A stretch of DNA of 63,643 bases from Catajapyx aquilonaris (GCA_000934665.2 JYFJ02001638.1:62001-125643), one strand, 5' to 3'. Shown: positions 50,450-62,383, counted from the stretch's first letter. Translations and numbers: made by a program. The notes: generated by a model not told the origin, from the sequence alone.

Positions 50450-53434
50450 TTTAAAGAAATGGAAAAATGTGGCCAGAGTCTCGAAAAACGTATGGAAGCG
50501 ATGCATATAGAGCTGGGCTTGGCTCTCTCTCTCTCTCTCTCTCTATATATATGGATCACTTTTTATGGGTAGGGCTTCCTTTACTCCCCGTGTCGCCTGG
50601 CACCTTTTTGCAGACCCGGATCACCACATTTCACTGTCACACGCGGGTTCACTGAGCTAGAGGATCAAGACCACACGCTAAGCTTTGCCACGGGGCTAAC
50701 CTCAGCACTCTACTGCTGTTGTCTTACATGAAAACTAGGAAGCCCTAGAAAAAAGCCACTCGCTTTGCTCTCTTTTTTCTAGGCCTGCGGTCTGCGGCGG
50801 GGGAGGCCGTAACCGTATACAACGTAAGATTTTAATATTATAGAATGTATATGCCTTTGTCCCCAATTTTATAGGCGAGTGTTCGATCGAGCTCCGACGT
50901 GCTTTCCTGGACGACCGTCCCGTGTGGTACCGGCTGTTCATGCGGCCCGTGGGCAAGATGACGGCCTCGCCCTTCATCTCGCCCCGGGGCTCAATCAACC
51001 CCTCAGCCGCCGCGGCACAGGAGCTGGCCAAGAGGCTCCTGGCCCAGCAGGCCCAACAGCAGCAACAAGACCAGGGGCAGGGGCAGCAGAGGTCATCCTT
51101 GTCCCACAGGGGGAGCGCGGCTGACCTCTTCCAACAGCAGAGGTCACTCTCAGGTCAGAAGGGTGGGGGGAATCAGCTCCTACACAGTATGTCAATATTG
51201 AATTCGTCCCATGCTGTATCGTTGTTCAAATCGGTTGTCACTGGAAGCAAACAAGTCCACAACTTCTCATCTCCTATTGGACTTTATGCCATCGAATTAG
51301 GTCCTGTTTAAACGAGACGTACCAAGAAGCATTGGCGTGTGTACAGAGTAGTGCAGCACAACTTGGAAAGACAAAGGGGGGGAGAGCATCTCTCGAGTGT
51401 AACAATGTGTCGGAAAACAAGCAGGCACAGACACAAAGGAAACAATGCGGCGGTAGGCACTTCAAAGGGAAAAGACAAAAGGTTGCGACGCGACGGTGTG
51501 ATTGCCAGGGGAAAAAAAGGACAGAAGGAAAACACCCCTCGCCACGAGTGGGCGAAAAAGAAGGGCTGCTCATTATTCGCAACAATATTGCCAAGGAGAC
51601 GAGGCTCCTTAACGCATTTTGCACATGCAAAACGGGGGCTGCTTTGCGGACGGTTGATTGTATACTGTATAGCGCCCTATAGTATGGCAACTGCATGAAA
51701 CGGCACGTGAATTTGTTCCGGCGACTGTTGGGGAGAAACTAGTAATTGCAGTCGATTGATAAAAATCAAAATGACTGTGTAGTTTAAAAAATATACATTT
51801 TGATGGCTTATTGAAAGCCATTTTGATCCGCAGTAGTAAAAACCTGAGCAGCCGGCCAAAAAAATGATGCTGGAGAAGAAAAAGCCGGGCGTCAAATAAT
51901 GGAATCAAACTGGCCCGTGTGCTCCGACGGATATCGCGCTATCGGGGGAATAATAGTCTGGTAATAGTCGCCGTTTTTCTCGACCCAACGACCATCAAAC
52001 TCCCTGGGAAGCGATGTGGATTGAAATCTCGACAAGGCACAAGGCGCTTTTAATAAATCATGGAACAGGATCCCGCGACGCTCATACTCTCCGCGGGATA
52101 TGGCCGCGGCTGGGCGAGTCGTATAACCTAACCTAACCTAACTTGTTCTGTTCTCCAGTATGGAGCTGTATAGGAAGTTTCCTCCTGCTGCCTGCACGTA
52201 GTAGATGTAAGCACAAGAGTTAGGAGATGGTTGGGGGAGGGGGGGCGTCTCTCCCATACTACATTCTTGGGTGTTCATTGATGCGAAGTTCGTTTAGGTG
52301 AATGGGCAGGAGCGGGCTCATCAAAAGTGATGGGGGAGGCCATTAAGTCCTCAGGTGGAATTTCTAGGAGACTCTTCTTTCTCCGTGCAGCATCTCTTTT
52401 GCAGGAGGAGCGAATGAAGGAAGGAGGAGAGAGAAAAAAAAGAGTAGGGGCGTGGGGGGGGGGGGGNGGGGGGGGGTTTCGTTTCGGGTAAGAGCCTCTA
52501 AGTGATTGGTCTCTAGGAAAGGAGCAGCGCGTGCTAACTTGGAAACTATACGAGGCCCATAGGTTGGGGGAGAAAATAATTTGATTGGGAGCTACAGACC
52601 AGCAATTGGCAGCCTTGTTGTTCGTCCTGCAAAGGTCGCTTTTTTTGTATCCAGCAAAATGGGCACGAAATGGGTATGAAATGTCTTTTTTCTTCTTCCT
52701 TATTGCCACCAGAGGAGCGTGAGGATTCTGTGGACTATTACTACGAGGATGGTGGCGTCGGAGGAGGAGGTGGCGGAGGGATGCTTCCACCGGTGTCGGA
52801 GGGTGGTATGCTTCTGCTTCATCCGGACTGGGGCGGGGGAGGAGGCGGCGGGGGCGGCCCCGGGAGTGCGCCCCCGGGCAGCGCTGGCCCGGGGTCCTGC
52901 CTGATGAGCTCGTCGGACATCCGGATGGCCATGAGCCAACCCGGATCCAGACGGTCGTCTGCGCAGTCGGAGCAGTTCCTGAACCCCTTAGGCCCTTGGG
53001 GGGACAGGACGGCCATCAGCCAACCTGGGTCAAGGAGGTCATCTGCCCACTCGGACACCCTGGAGGCGCACCTGGGGCAGCGGTACCCCAACTCCCTCCC
53101 GCAGTCCAGGAGAGGATCCTACGTGCAGATATCCAGGCAGAGCTCGGGAGACAGCAGAGGTCCGTCCCAAGGAGAAACGCCCTATCGGACGCTGATTGGC
53201 TTATCCGATTTCTTTCTCTCTCCCGTATAGACGAGCTGTGCGTGCCGTTGTCTGCTCTTCGGGAGCGTCGGAAGAGCGCCGGGGTGTTCCGTCCGGCCAA
53301 GGAGCTGACTGGATCCCCTCCGGAGCGTTGTTCGGACGCCATAGGGGACGACCGGCTGTCCGAGTTCCTAAGGGACAGGGACACGGCCACCAGGAGGGCC
53401 TCGCTCATCCGGGTGGGAAGCATCAAGGGACACG
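35767..53434 (+). CDS. Fife: RIM/Piccolo-family presynaptic active-zone protein (Fife-like; Zn finger-PDZ-C2A), at least 1267 aa. Exons 35767-35905, 38603-38729, 41169-41334, 42987-43691, 43849-44387, 46055-46323, 47430-47522, 47715-47839, 47916-48028, 48150-48298, 48776-48837, 48969-49192, 49255-49415, 50875-51153, 52713-53159, 53231-53434; continues downstream
   Basis: Sixteen exons join with matching phases and no stops. 8-Cys finger CRVC-x12-CSEC-x4-CEDC-x15-CSIC. PDZ RRVLLRRD...RGFGMRVVGGK...PGGPADKAGIVKGDK|VVEWNGVSLLDRSFEEV. SPTRRKLPKTP linker. C2 GRVQLQLWY...AYVKIRL...PIWNATF...LEVSVWDY...FL|GECSIEL...PVWYRL. Fife rather than Rim is my recollection of the motifs, not a search result. 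Confidence 0.85.
40976..41052 (+). repeat. Dispersed repeat family A, copy 4
   Basis: tgtttgtccggggtggctcatcaccaacgtgcatgtagtaccactttcc matches 15108-15155. Confidence 0.65.
41072..41138. repeat. (TAA)n microsatellite about 30 nt upstream of the Zn-finger exon acceptor
   Basis: Directly visible. Confidence 0.95.
43718..43798. repeat. Intronic hairpin with perfect 17-bp arms
   Basis: atctttactacgcgacg ... cgtcgcgtagtaaagat inside the 157-nt intron 43692-43848. Confidence 0.8.
47542..47658. mobile_element. Near-perfect 117-bp palindrome (MITE-like, TA ends) in a PDZ-region intron
   Basis: tacgccctcacgatttgagcctcggtcgcacgaccagacgctttgcgacctacaaa-atgtg-tttgtcggtcgcaaagcgtctggtcgtgcgaccggggctcaaatcgtgagggcgta. 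Confidence 0.8.
48046..48107. repeat. Intronic hairpin with 20-bp arms
   Basis: gggttcacactagcgtcgtt ... aacgacgccagtgtgaacct in intron 48029-48149. Confidence 0.75.
49836..49974. mobile_element. MITE-like hairpin with about 57-bp arms in a C2A intron
   Basis: tggtttcaaatgaggattttcttatagacctcactgtacccaccattctgattggtgg ... ccaccaatcagaatggtgggtgcagtgaggtctacaagaaatcctcatttgaaacca. Confidence 0.78.
50382..50447. repeat. (CT)n microsatellite
   Basis: Directly visible. Confidence 0.95.
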
Positions 53435-53529
53435 GTGAGTCGCACCTTCCCCGGACACGACACGCCAATGGTCCCGGTGTACACACATCACTGTCGTGTC
53501 TGTCTCTTTCCTGTCTTATTGCAATAGCA

Positions 53530-53608
53530 TGTCCGTAAATTACGCAGCGGGTTCGGACACTATAGTTTATAGATCTGGTAAATATGGCCGTTGCTTAATT
53601 TACGGACA
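53530..53608. repeat. Intronic hairpin with 21-bp arms (19/21)
   Basis: tgtccgtaaattacgcagcgg ... ccgttgcttaatttacggaca. Confidence 0.7.
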
Positions 53609-54467
53609 GCACTCGGATAATTCGGGGGATGTTTTATTTTGGCGGGTGGGCGGGACAGACGAAACCCGGACAGTGGTCTCATCACCTGTTCGGCAGACCG
53701 ACGAAGAAACTAGAGCCGCATCAGGTGGCCCGTATGTGGTGCTGTACCCGTTCTGACTACCCTGTCCCGCTTCCTTTCCTCCAGTCGTCCTGATGATGTC
53801 CCAACCTTTGAAGACGGTGTTGATATGTGTCGTTGATGTTGCTGTCTACGTGTGGTGATGCGACTGATGGTGGCAACGTTTTCTGTACATGGTTGTACCC
53901 AAGTGTGTGCGTGTGTATGACATTGGATGGCTGCAGCACACCAGACACCGACACGTGTGGCATGCGACTTCATCCCCGCCCCTCGTGTTACTATACATTA
54001 CCTCCCGCATCCATCTGTACTTCTCAGTCACTGTCTGTCTGGTGGATACAGTAGTGTCTTGTCTGTTCTCTCTACTGTACCGGTACCCGCCCTGTTGTAG
54101 TGAACACACTTCGGTACCTGTGCCGCGGTGTCAAAACAGCGTGTGTCCTTCGCCCCCTCTTTCTCCCTCTGTCTGATCGTCACATCGCTGTTCCAGATGC
54201 GCCGGTACCATGTCGCGACCGCGTTTTACCGTAAAAAAAAAGGGCAGGTAACGTAGGCCTTACTTCCGCTTTTCCACGGCCGTGACCGCCGTGACTCCTC
54301 CTTCTCAGTCCTCTCTTCCTTCACACTCTTCTGAACTACAAAAATAAGCCTATGTGTGAGTCGTGTTCGGTGTATTGGCCGTTGTGTGTGTGTACCCCGT
54401 GAATGACATATGTACCGGATGGGTTTGGGTATGGGGTTGGTGTGTGTATACTCCTCCCGCGCGGCAG

Positions 54468-54479
54468 AAAAGGACGGAG
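54468..54479 (+). CDS. Candidate 12-nt Fife microexon (adds about KDG)
   Basis: gcag|AAAAGGACGGAG|gtgagt; symmetric phase 1-1, in frame with the upstream exon. Confidence 0.4.
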
Positions 54480-55705
54480 GTGAGTGGTCTGGCCTGCTTT
54501 TGCTATATATACTCGGACACACATACGACGTGTGCGTACCTCCTGTCGACCGGTACCGGCACAAGGGGAACGTAAAACGGACGGAGGTAACAGCGCTGCT
54601 GAGATGGATGGATGGATGTGGTTCGAGGAAAGCGAAGGCTAAACAGGCCCAGCTCTCACTGGCAGGCTGCGAGAGGATCAAACCTGTTCGATACGCTCGC
54701 AATTAGCCGATAAAAACTGCTTAAATCTGTGAACAATTCGCACATTTTACTTGATATAGGCAGCGGACCTACGATAATGCACATCTGGCCCCTCCCACTT
54801 TTCAGAATTTTACAAAGAACCCCAGGTTGCCAGCTGGCATAAGTGACGTTTTCACAATATTATTACATACAGAAGTACAACATATTTCGATATCAGTTTA
54901 CATAAGAAAAGCACATTGAGTAATATTTCCTTTGCCAGTGGAATGTCTTTAATGAGATTATTACGTGGCCTGACCAGTCACCAGAGGATTCATTAAACTG
55001 GTCGTACGAGATGACCAGGGGGATTGTTCCTGGTCATCGCTGGTAACCCCCGTCTTGGGGATATGCCGTGAGTGTAATGTATTGTACTAGAAAAAACCCA
55101 CGTTACAATATACTCATTTTCGATACCCAGCGACCGATTCGGCGCCCAGTCGCGGGACAGGTGTGGGTGGAGAAGGGAGGAGGGTCGAGGTGACGGGAGA
55201 GACGAACGGGGACCTTCACCCGCCGGCGGCCGGTATGCGACTGAATGGATTTTCCACCCACTGCGCATGCGTTGAACGTGGGCCAATCTGAAGCGTCGCG
55301 GTAACAAGTATGAGGCGGACCAATCAGAACATACACGCCCACTACGATTTTAATGTTATATAGATGTTCGCTTCACTTGGTACCCTCACTCCCTCCTTGA
55401 AAAGTGGGAGGTGCCAGATGTGCATTCTCGAAGGGCCGCTGCCTATAGTATACTCGGTGAACGAACGCCTGTTCGGTTGACGTCACAGGTGACCGATCAG
55501 GGACCTAGCCCCGTCCCCTCGCATTGTGACTGTCCACTCGCAGCCTGCCCTGATTGGCCAGTGGGCGTGACAGTGCTTGCTTGCTTGTTGCGCGAATGTC
55601 GCTTAGGTCCGCCAAATTAAGACCAAAAAAGAAAGGACAAAGAAAAGAAGACGACGCAGGTTATTTTTTCCTCCGGTCCTATCTTTGCCTTGTGTATACC
55701 TGCAG

Positions 55706-55846
55706 CTCTGACCCCAGACGCCATTCAGTTGGCGCTCCACCGCCTAGTGGCCGAGAGAGGCATAGCAGAGGACCGCATTCTCGGTGGTGGACAGTCGCAC
55801 GCAGCCTCCACCTCCGTCAAAGCCACAAAGCAAGGTGGCCACAAAA
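55706..55846 (+). CDS. Probable Fife exon (LTPDAIQLALHRLVAERGIAEDRILGGG...GGHK)
   Basis: ctgcag acceptor, gtaagt donor, 141 nt, open in phase 1-1. Confidence 0.6.
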
Positions 55847-57722
55847 GTAAGTATCTACCCGACAATCACCGCTGCTGCCGCTGCCTACGTACGCCAAGAT
55901 ATGAAACACGCACACGCTATCTATACACGCACAATGCGACACTACAATGCATATTATTCTTCCTCTGTCTCTTTCTCTCGCTGCTTCTTCTATCTCTATC
56001 TGTGAAACACACCTGTCCCTGCAGCTCCGTTCACTACACGTCTCGGTTGCATGATGGTTCGGACAGAGCCTCTGTTGCTTCTTTGATGTTGATGGAAGTG
56101 CGCGGGACGTCCTGGCGCACCCAGTAGTTTGGGCCAGGAGCCGCGTTCTGAACCGACTGGTGAGCGGGTGACGTCGACCCGAGCGGATGACGTCGCCGCT
56201 CGGTTGGTCCAGTATGCGGTTCCAGTGAATGTTGCACTGTGCTAATAAGTGTTGCGTCCTCCGACCGGGAGAGGAACACACGGAGCCTGCAGAGTGACCC
56301 CAACAGTAGATAGTGGAACCGGACGAGCGATTGATTTTTCTTTTAATATGATTTTTTGATGCTTGCTTCTTTTCCTTTTGAATCGCCTATATACCCGGCA
56401 GGTTCCGTCGACGATTGGTCGGAGGCTCGCTGGCGAAGGAAGCTCACCATGCAGAAAACGTGGTCCGACTTCTCGTGAACACACTGGGGCTGTACTTGCA
56501 CAAGACAATGCGTATGACTCCCTTACTTCACTTGTACGCTGCAGTACATATATAGTAGTCCCCTTTTTATATAGTGGTAGACACGACACTCGGGACGGTC
56601 AGTGCTCTCCCATCAGATGTATAGATCGCCCACCGGTGATTTTCAGTGGTATAGTCCGGATGACACATTAGTTAGAAACATTTTTCTGCAATTTTTTTGG
56701 CGGGTTGTTGTTTTTTTGGAGGCCGATATTGGAGCGTGCAGCTGTGCAATCGAATTATGATTTTACCTCCCCCCCCCCCCTTCCCTGCTTTTACACCCGG
56801 CCGAGTTTTTAATTGCTGATTATCCTGCTTGGAGTGTGCATCCAGCCGTGCCCCCAAATCACCTCTGCGCAACTAGTGCGCAACAACGTGAATAGACTCG
56901 GCTTGAAACGGGTTACAGGACCGGACTCTTCAGATGCATCCTGTTAATAATTCGGGCAAACTTCTTGGGGGTCCCTTTGTGTGTACAGGTGTTTGTGACT
57001 GGAAGTCTCGTTACCTAGGATAATGAGCTTCACACACACAAATTTTTTCACCTCAAAACGTGGGTCGTGAAACTTCATCCTGCTGTATAGGGACTGCATA
57101 AAGGGACGTGTCGTAGGCTGTGTAAGCCTCAGCAGTTTGTCCCAGAAGTTGGCCCGAGTTATTATGGAAGTGCCATATCACGACTGATTGTGCCACAATC
57201 AGAAATCTGCGTCGTCGTCGGTTCGCGAATTTTCGCTGCCATATTTTCCGCAGCTTCTCTTTGCGGGCTGCACCACTGAGATTGCTGATCTTTGCTTGGA
57301 CAACAATAGCAGCGGTGTGGCCTTGTGTGCTGCCTGAAGCTCTTTTTGCCTTGAAGCTTTTTTCCTCTACTATACACGACAAGACATACTTGCATCGTAT
57401 TAAGAGTGTGTGCAATGAGTGTGTGTGTGCGTCTAATGAGCGAATGTTTGCGAAGGACACAAACCTGTGGCTTTTCGCCCACTCTTTTCGACTCACACAC
57501 AACAAAATCGAATCAAGTTCTACTAATCAACGTCTATGTGTTGCACTCAAGTATACCATTGAACCGCTTCCGTAACCGCTGTCTCTTTACGCTACTATTG
57601 TATTTTCTATATACTCCGCCTGTTGACTGCTGTAATATTTGGCAAACGGACCCGAAACGGACAATAATGCACGCGGTAACGCCATGAAGCTTCAGCTTAC
57701 TACGATGAATTTTATTTTACGA

Positions 57723-57909
57723 GAGCGCAACCGAGTGCGCACCCACACTCGCGCAAGTCCACGTTGCCACAGTTACTTCTCAGGGGCCTCTACTATTCGT
57801 TCCAGAGCCGCCATGGCAACACCGCAAAAAGTCGGCCATATTGTTCACCCCCTGAAGCGTAGTGTTGGAAACAATTTGCGCTAACTGTGTCGCGCACTCG
57901 GTTGCGCTC
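57723..57909. mobile_element. MITE-like element with 18-bp terminal inverted repeats
   Basis: gagcgcaaccgagtgcgc ... gcgcactcggttgcgctc; inner caggggc/cccctg pair. Confidence 0.6.
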
Positions 57910-59027
57910 ATTAAAAAAAAAAAAAAAAAACCATCTACTCGTAATAATGTTTCGGACCAATGAGACACCGCTTGTAAACACAGTAAATAGAAGTGACCCG
58001 ACGTGACCTATAGGGTTGCTTGCTAGTGAGGAAACACCGAGTTCGCATGTGATTGTAACTCAGCATGTACATTGTTCAATGCGATTATTTATTTATTAAT
58101 TAGCTGTACGTGCATGAGGCATGACGTGTGTGATGCGTGAATGTGCAGAGTGTTTGGCAGTATACCCTCCCAATAATTCCCATTTCGACCAGAGTTTTGA
58201 CCCTTTGACCTCCCATCAGCCAAGCTATCGCTTTAATCGGTTGAGTGTACTCTTCTGTGACCCTTTTATGCAACTGACCTCCCCCAAACAACCTGACCCC
58301 GTCTGTGTCTCTCTGTCTAATGGCGTCTTCCTTTCCCGCGGCCAACTCCAAATCCACAGCAAGGAAGTACTAAGACCACGGAACATACGGTAAGTACCCG
58401 GCACACACGTACGCAAGCATCGTGTCGCTCAAACCCCCCTTTTTATATAATTATTCTCTAATACTTGTCACCAAACTTATTATCGAGGCTGTTCTCCCAG
58501 ATCGTGTACATTTTCATTATCATGTGTGCTTAGTGGTGGTTACATATCTTAATAGTGTCGCTGCTGCTGTCCTTGTTCTACCGGTATCTCACCTATTAGT
58601 CCCGTACCGTATATACCTTCCCAAACATACCGTCGTAGTATAGACTGCGTTGCGTGTACGCCGCATTGCGCAGTACAGTACGCACCACGTTCTGGTTGTA
58701 TGATGCCACGCAGTAGTACGTACTTTTCCGTAGTATATACCTCTCGGTGCTGCCATACTTGACTAGGCAGTACGCTGAACGGCCCAATCATTAAAAAGAG
58801 GCTGCAAGTGACGGGCTGTTCTGATTATAACCTGTCGTTGCTGCTGCTGCATGGAATCACCTCCATACTAATAATTCTGTATGGCTTTTCACATCCCATC
58901 CAATTTTGGTATATACATTGTACAAATATTCTTACTGGCTTGTTGCTACATTTTTTGTATAAAAATTCTTCATAACGAGTAGGCTACTTTCATTCCTCCA
59001 TCGTGTTGGTTGATCCGCAGCTTCTTC

Positions 59028-59060
<33 letters not shown>

Positions 59061-59466
59061 CTGCCCGCCATTGTGCCAAGTCCTGCGCCTGTACGTCGCT
59101 CAGTCACACACCCACACAGCATCAGTGGGGGTCGGAACTGGATGTCCCGGATAGTACACGTAGGCCTCTTGGTGTTTGCTCTGGTCTGGAGCTGGCTGGG
59201 AGAGAGCCTGCTGCTGAATCGATATCTCGCGTCGCAATTAAACTGCAATACCGCTCTCTTTAAATTTCACGATCTGCATCCCATCAGTGGGGGGGATTGT
59301 TCGGTTTACGCTGTATGTTTGCCTATAAAACCCTCATCGACGCAGCTGTGCGTACTATGTGTGGCTGCGAGACGTACACGAGGCAGCAGCTAGGATACCC
59401 CTCCCAACATTATTATGCCGACTCACGCTGTTCCTTTTCGCGATTTCACTGCTGGCCCAAATGCAG

Positions 59467-59953
59467 GAGGACAACAACAACAGCCGGTGAAGAAGTTGCT
59501 GGACGTGCCTTGTGTGGTTGTGGCGCCATGTCCGGACAGCCCCTCGGAGGAGGAGAAGGAACGATGCGCGTGGAGGTATTCTACCTTTCCATTGTTTCCA
59601 ATGCAGCCAAAAAAATCTTGTGGCAGTCCTTATAGACTCTCGTGATACCAACATATGCTCGCTATAGAAGCACAAACTGTCGTAAGAACTCGTACTGTAC
59701 GCCCATCATCACTCTACACCAAGGTGATGGACGTGTCATCTTCACCTTGCCAGGGTGCTGAGGGTTGTGCAGCTGCAGGATGCGTTTCTCCCCGAACACT
59801 TTTGAGGTCCGCCTGATAATAACTCTTTTTGTGCTCGATAACAGCGATCGAGTGGACCAGTCGCAGTCTGCGCAGCAGCAGCACAGCAGCTATCCTCCGC
59901 CGCTTAGTCCCGGAGCTGCGGGGAAGTCCCGGATCCTTTACCCGCCCTCCTGA
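59467..59953 (+). CDS. Candidate last two exons of a Fife isoform (59467-59575, 59845-59953)
   Basis: Phase 1 then 2 compatible: GQQQQPVKKLLDVPCVVVAPCPDSPSEEEKERCAW|SDRVDQSQSAQQQHSSYPPPLSPGAAGKSRILYPPS*. No recognisable domain. Confidence 0.4.
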
Positions 59954-62383
59954 TGGACCCTGCTGCTGCTGCTCACCCTGAACTGAGACTGGCTCGTGAT
60001 AACAGCTGGCTCACAACCCACCCTATATACTACATAAAATACAGGCTGCCTCCTTCACGCAACCTGGCACAATCCTGGTAAGCACCATCACTAATATTAT
60101 TAAGGATGGACGCATGTCAGATGACTGCGACTATAATAGCTGTGATTTATTCGCAGGTGACTCATCCCGGGTGAGCATAGCTGCTGAAGTCACGGGAATT
60201 CCCCGCTCCGTCCCTCCTCCTCCCACGACATGGCTCATCACCACCACACAGCACGTACCTGTGCGATTATTATTGCTGCTGCCACAGGGGGGGAAGTGCC
60301 AATATGCAAAAAACTGCCTGGCTACGCCCCTCCTGCCAGCCGCCCACGCACTGCGACGCCACAACCGCACCAGAAAAAAGATTGCTCCAAAAGAAAGACA
60401 GTGCTGCACAATTATTGTTTGGACACTCGTTGTTGTTGTTGTTGTCTCACGGAGTGAATGGACCATCAGAATCGTGAAGAAGATTTGATGAAAAAAAAAT
60501 AATAATTAGGGTGCGGCCACAACAATGGCCCCACTGCCTCTTTCCTCTTGTATGCAAAAATGAGCCGGAAACTTTCCTTATTATTCCCTTTCCCTTTTCC
60601 CCCCAACTCTGTGCCAATTTGACCCCCAATCGGTGTGTGTGCGCTTGGATTTATTTGTGATGCTCTAGAAGGCCAATTGGTTCCCCGATTGGTGCGAAAC
60701 CCTGCCCCCCCCACCCTGCCGGGATAAAGTGGCCGCCCGGCTGCCCAATAATTATGTGTGTGTACGCAGGGTGTCTCGTAACCATTCAGACACACTTAAC
60801 TATACGCTGAACTCGGGATCGCCAAAGGATCACTTTATGTAAAGGTGTCACTTGGACTGTAGTTACCCAGAAAATAGGGAAAGAACTTTACTTCGTCGCG
60901 TAGTAAAGATCAGCCGATCATAGGCGTTACATATCCGTTTCATTTCCAACAAAAATATTTTTACGATCGTGTTGGGGAGACCCGAGGCGATGGAAGTGTC
61001 GTAGGCTGTGCATTGGTTTTGTCCTAATGATTGCGACACACCCTGCATGTTCGCTAAACTATAATACTTATGCTCAAAAGGCTCTGTGATGATGGTCGTC
61101 GTCCTGTTTCCTACACTTGTTTTTATTTCCAAATGTGTGTCTCTGTGTGTGCGTGTGTCACTACCTTCCAGTCTTTCTCAGGCCACTCACTTTATCTTCC
61201 ACTCACACACAATATGAGTGCGTGTGTGAACACATTCGTTTGTTCGTCTTCCTCTCGAGGTTTCTGCGCCTCATTTTTTTACTATACTTATAACACACTC
61301 TCGCACACAATACTTTGCAAAAAATAAATAAATAAATGGGGCTGAGAACCACCTGACACAAAAAAAACAATGTGGGCTAATCGTGGACATATTCTGTGCT
61401 ATGTAATTGACGGTAGGGGTTGTTATAATAATATTGTTAGGCGACATGACTAGATGGGGGACTATAAAGACAGCGGGCGAGATTTATCATTGTTGAAGCC
61501 ATATCCAGACATCCGCCATATCCTGTGTAGTTGCAAAGAGAATGGCGAAATTGTATACACACATCATAATGCTCTATCTATTCGGCTGTACCTGACATTT
61601 TAAAAGAGTACGAATTCTATAGCTCTATATATACCATCATATCCTCCACACTTTCCTTTCCGATAGACTTTTCCTTGCAGGAGTGCCAGTCCCAATAGAC
61701 CTGCCCTATTCACTAAGGAAGATCTAATTGCCCGAGTTCCTTTGATCCCTCAAAGTCATCCGATATTTTCAGGGTAATTCGAGCCTCGGGAGGGTTCTTT
61801 TGTGACGCTCCAATTCTTAGCATATCATTCTCATTGCGCCAATTTTTGCACGTTCCTTTATTTATTATGGCGCTCGTCACTTTACCCCCTTCGAGGAACC
61901 AATATGTTGAATACGCGATGATAATATGCGACGCCCATTGGTGTTTCTTCCGATTTGGTTGTAATACGGATATTATTGCACCAGAATAAGAGCGTCGCAT
62001 TTTTATACAGGCGGATTGTTTTTTGGGCTGTATATTATAGCGGATATTTAGTGCCAACACGTCAACGGTAGAATCAATCACGGTACCGATCGACTGGTTG
62101 ATATAGTAATTGACTTAGTGCCGGTCTAGCGACATATGTGTGGTTCACGGACGCGTTAATTGGAACTGAATCAACTCCCCCCACACCAAAAAAACATTAA
62201 ATGATTTTAGTTTAAAAGCGCTAATGACGCGGTTAACACCCCGGATTAGTTCTTGGACTAGATTATTCCATATTATTATGCTGGTCAAATTGGGGGGAGG
62301 ACGCAGGGGCGTGACAATGGCGCCCAACGTGGGATTCCCCCCCTTCACATCTCGCACTTTTTTTTAAAATTAAAATAATAAGC

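Noticed and set aside
10147..52142. Short (TTAGG)2-4 runs near 10150, 14915, 15212, 29787, 40561 and 52126
   Set aside because: Too short for telomeric arrays; used only as a weak arthropod hint.
56024..56159. Exon-like segment ctgcag...|gtgagc
   Set aside because: Stops occur in all three frames from this acceptor, so it cannot be placed in the Fife CDS.
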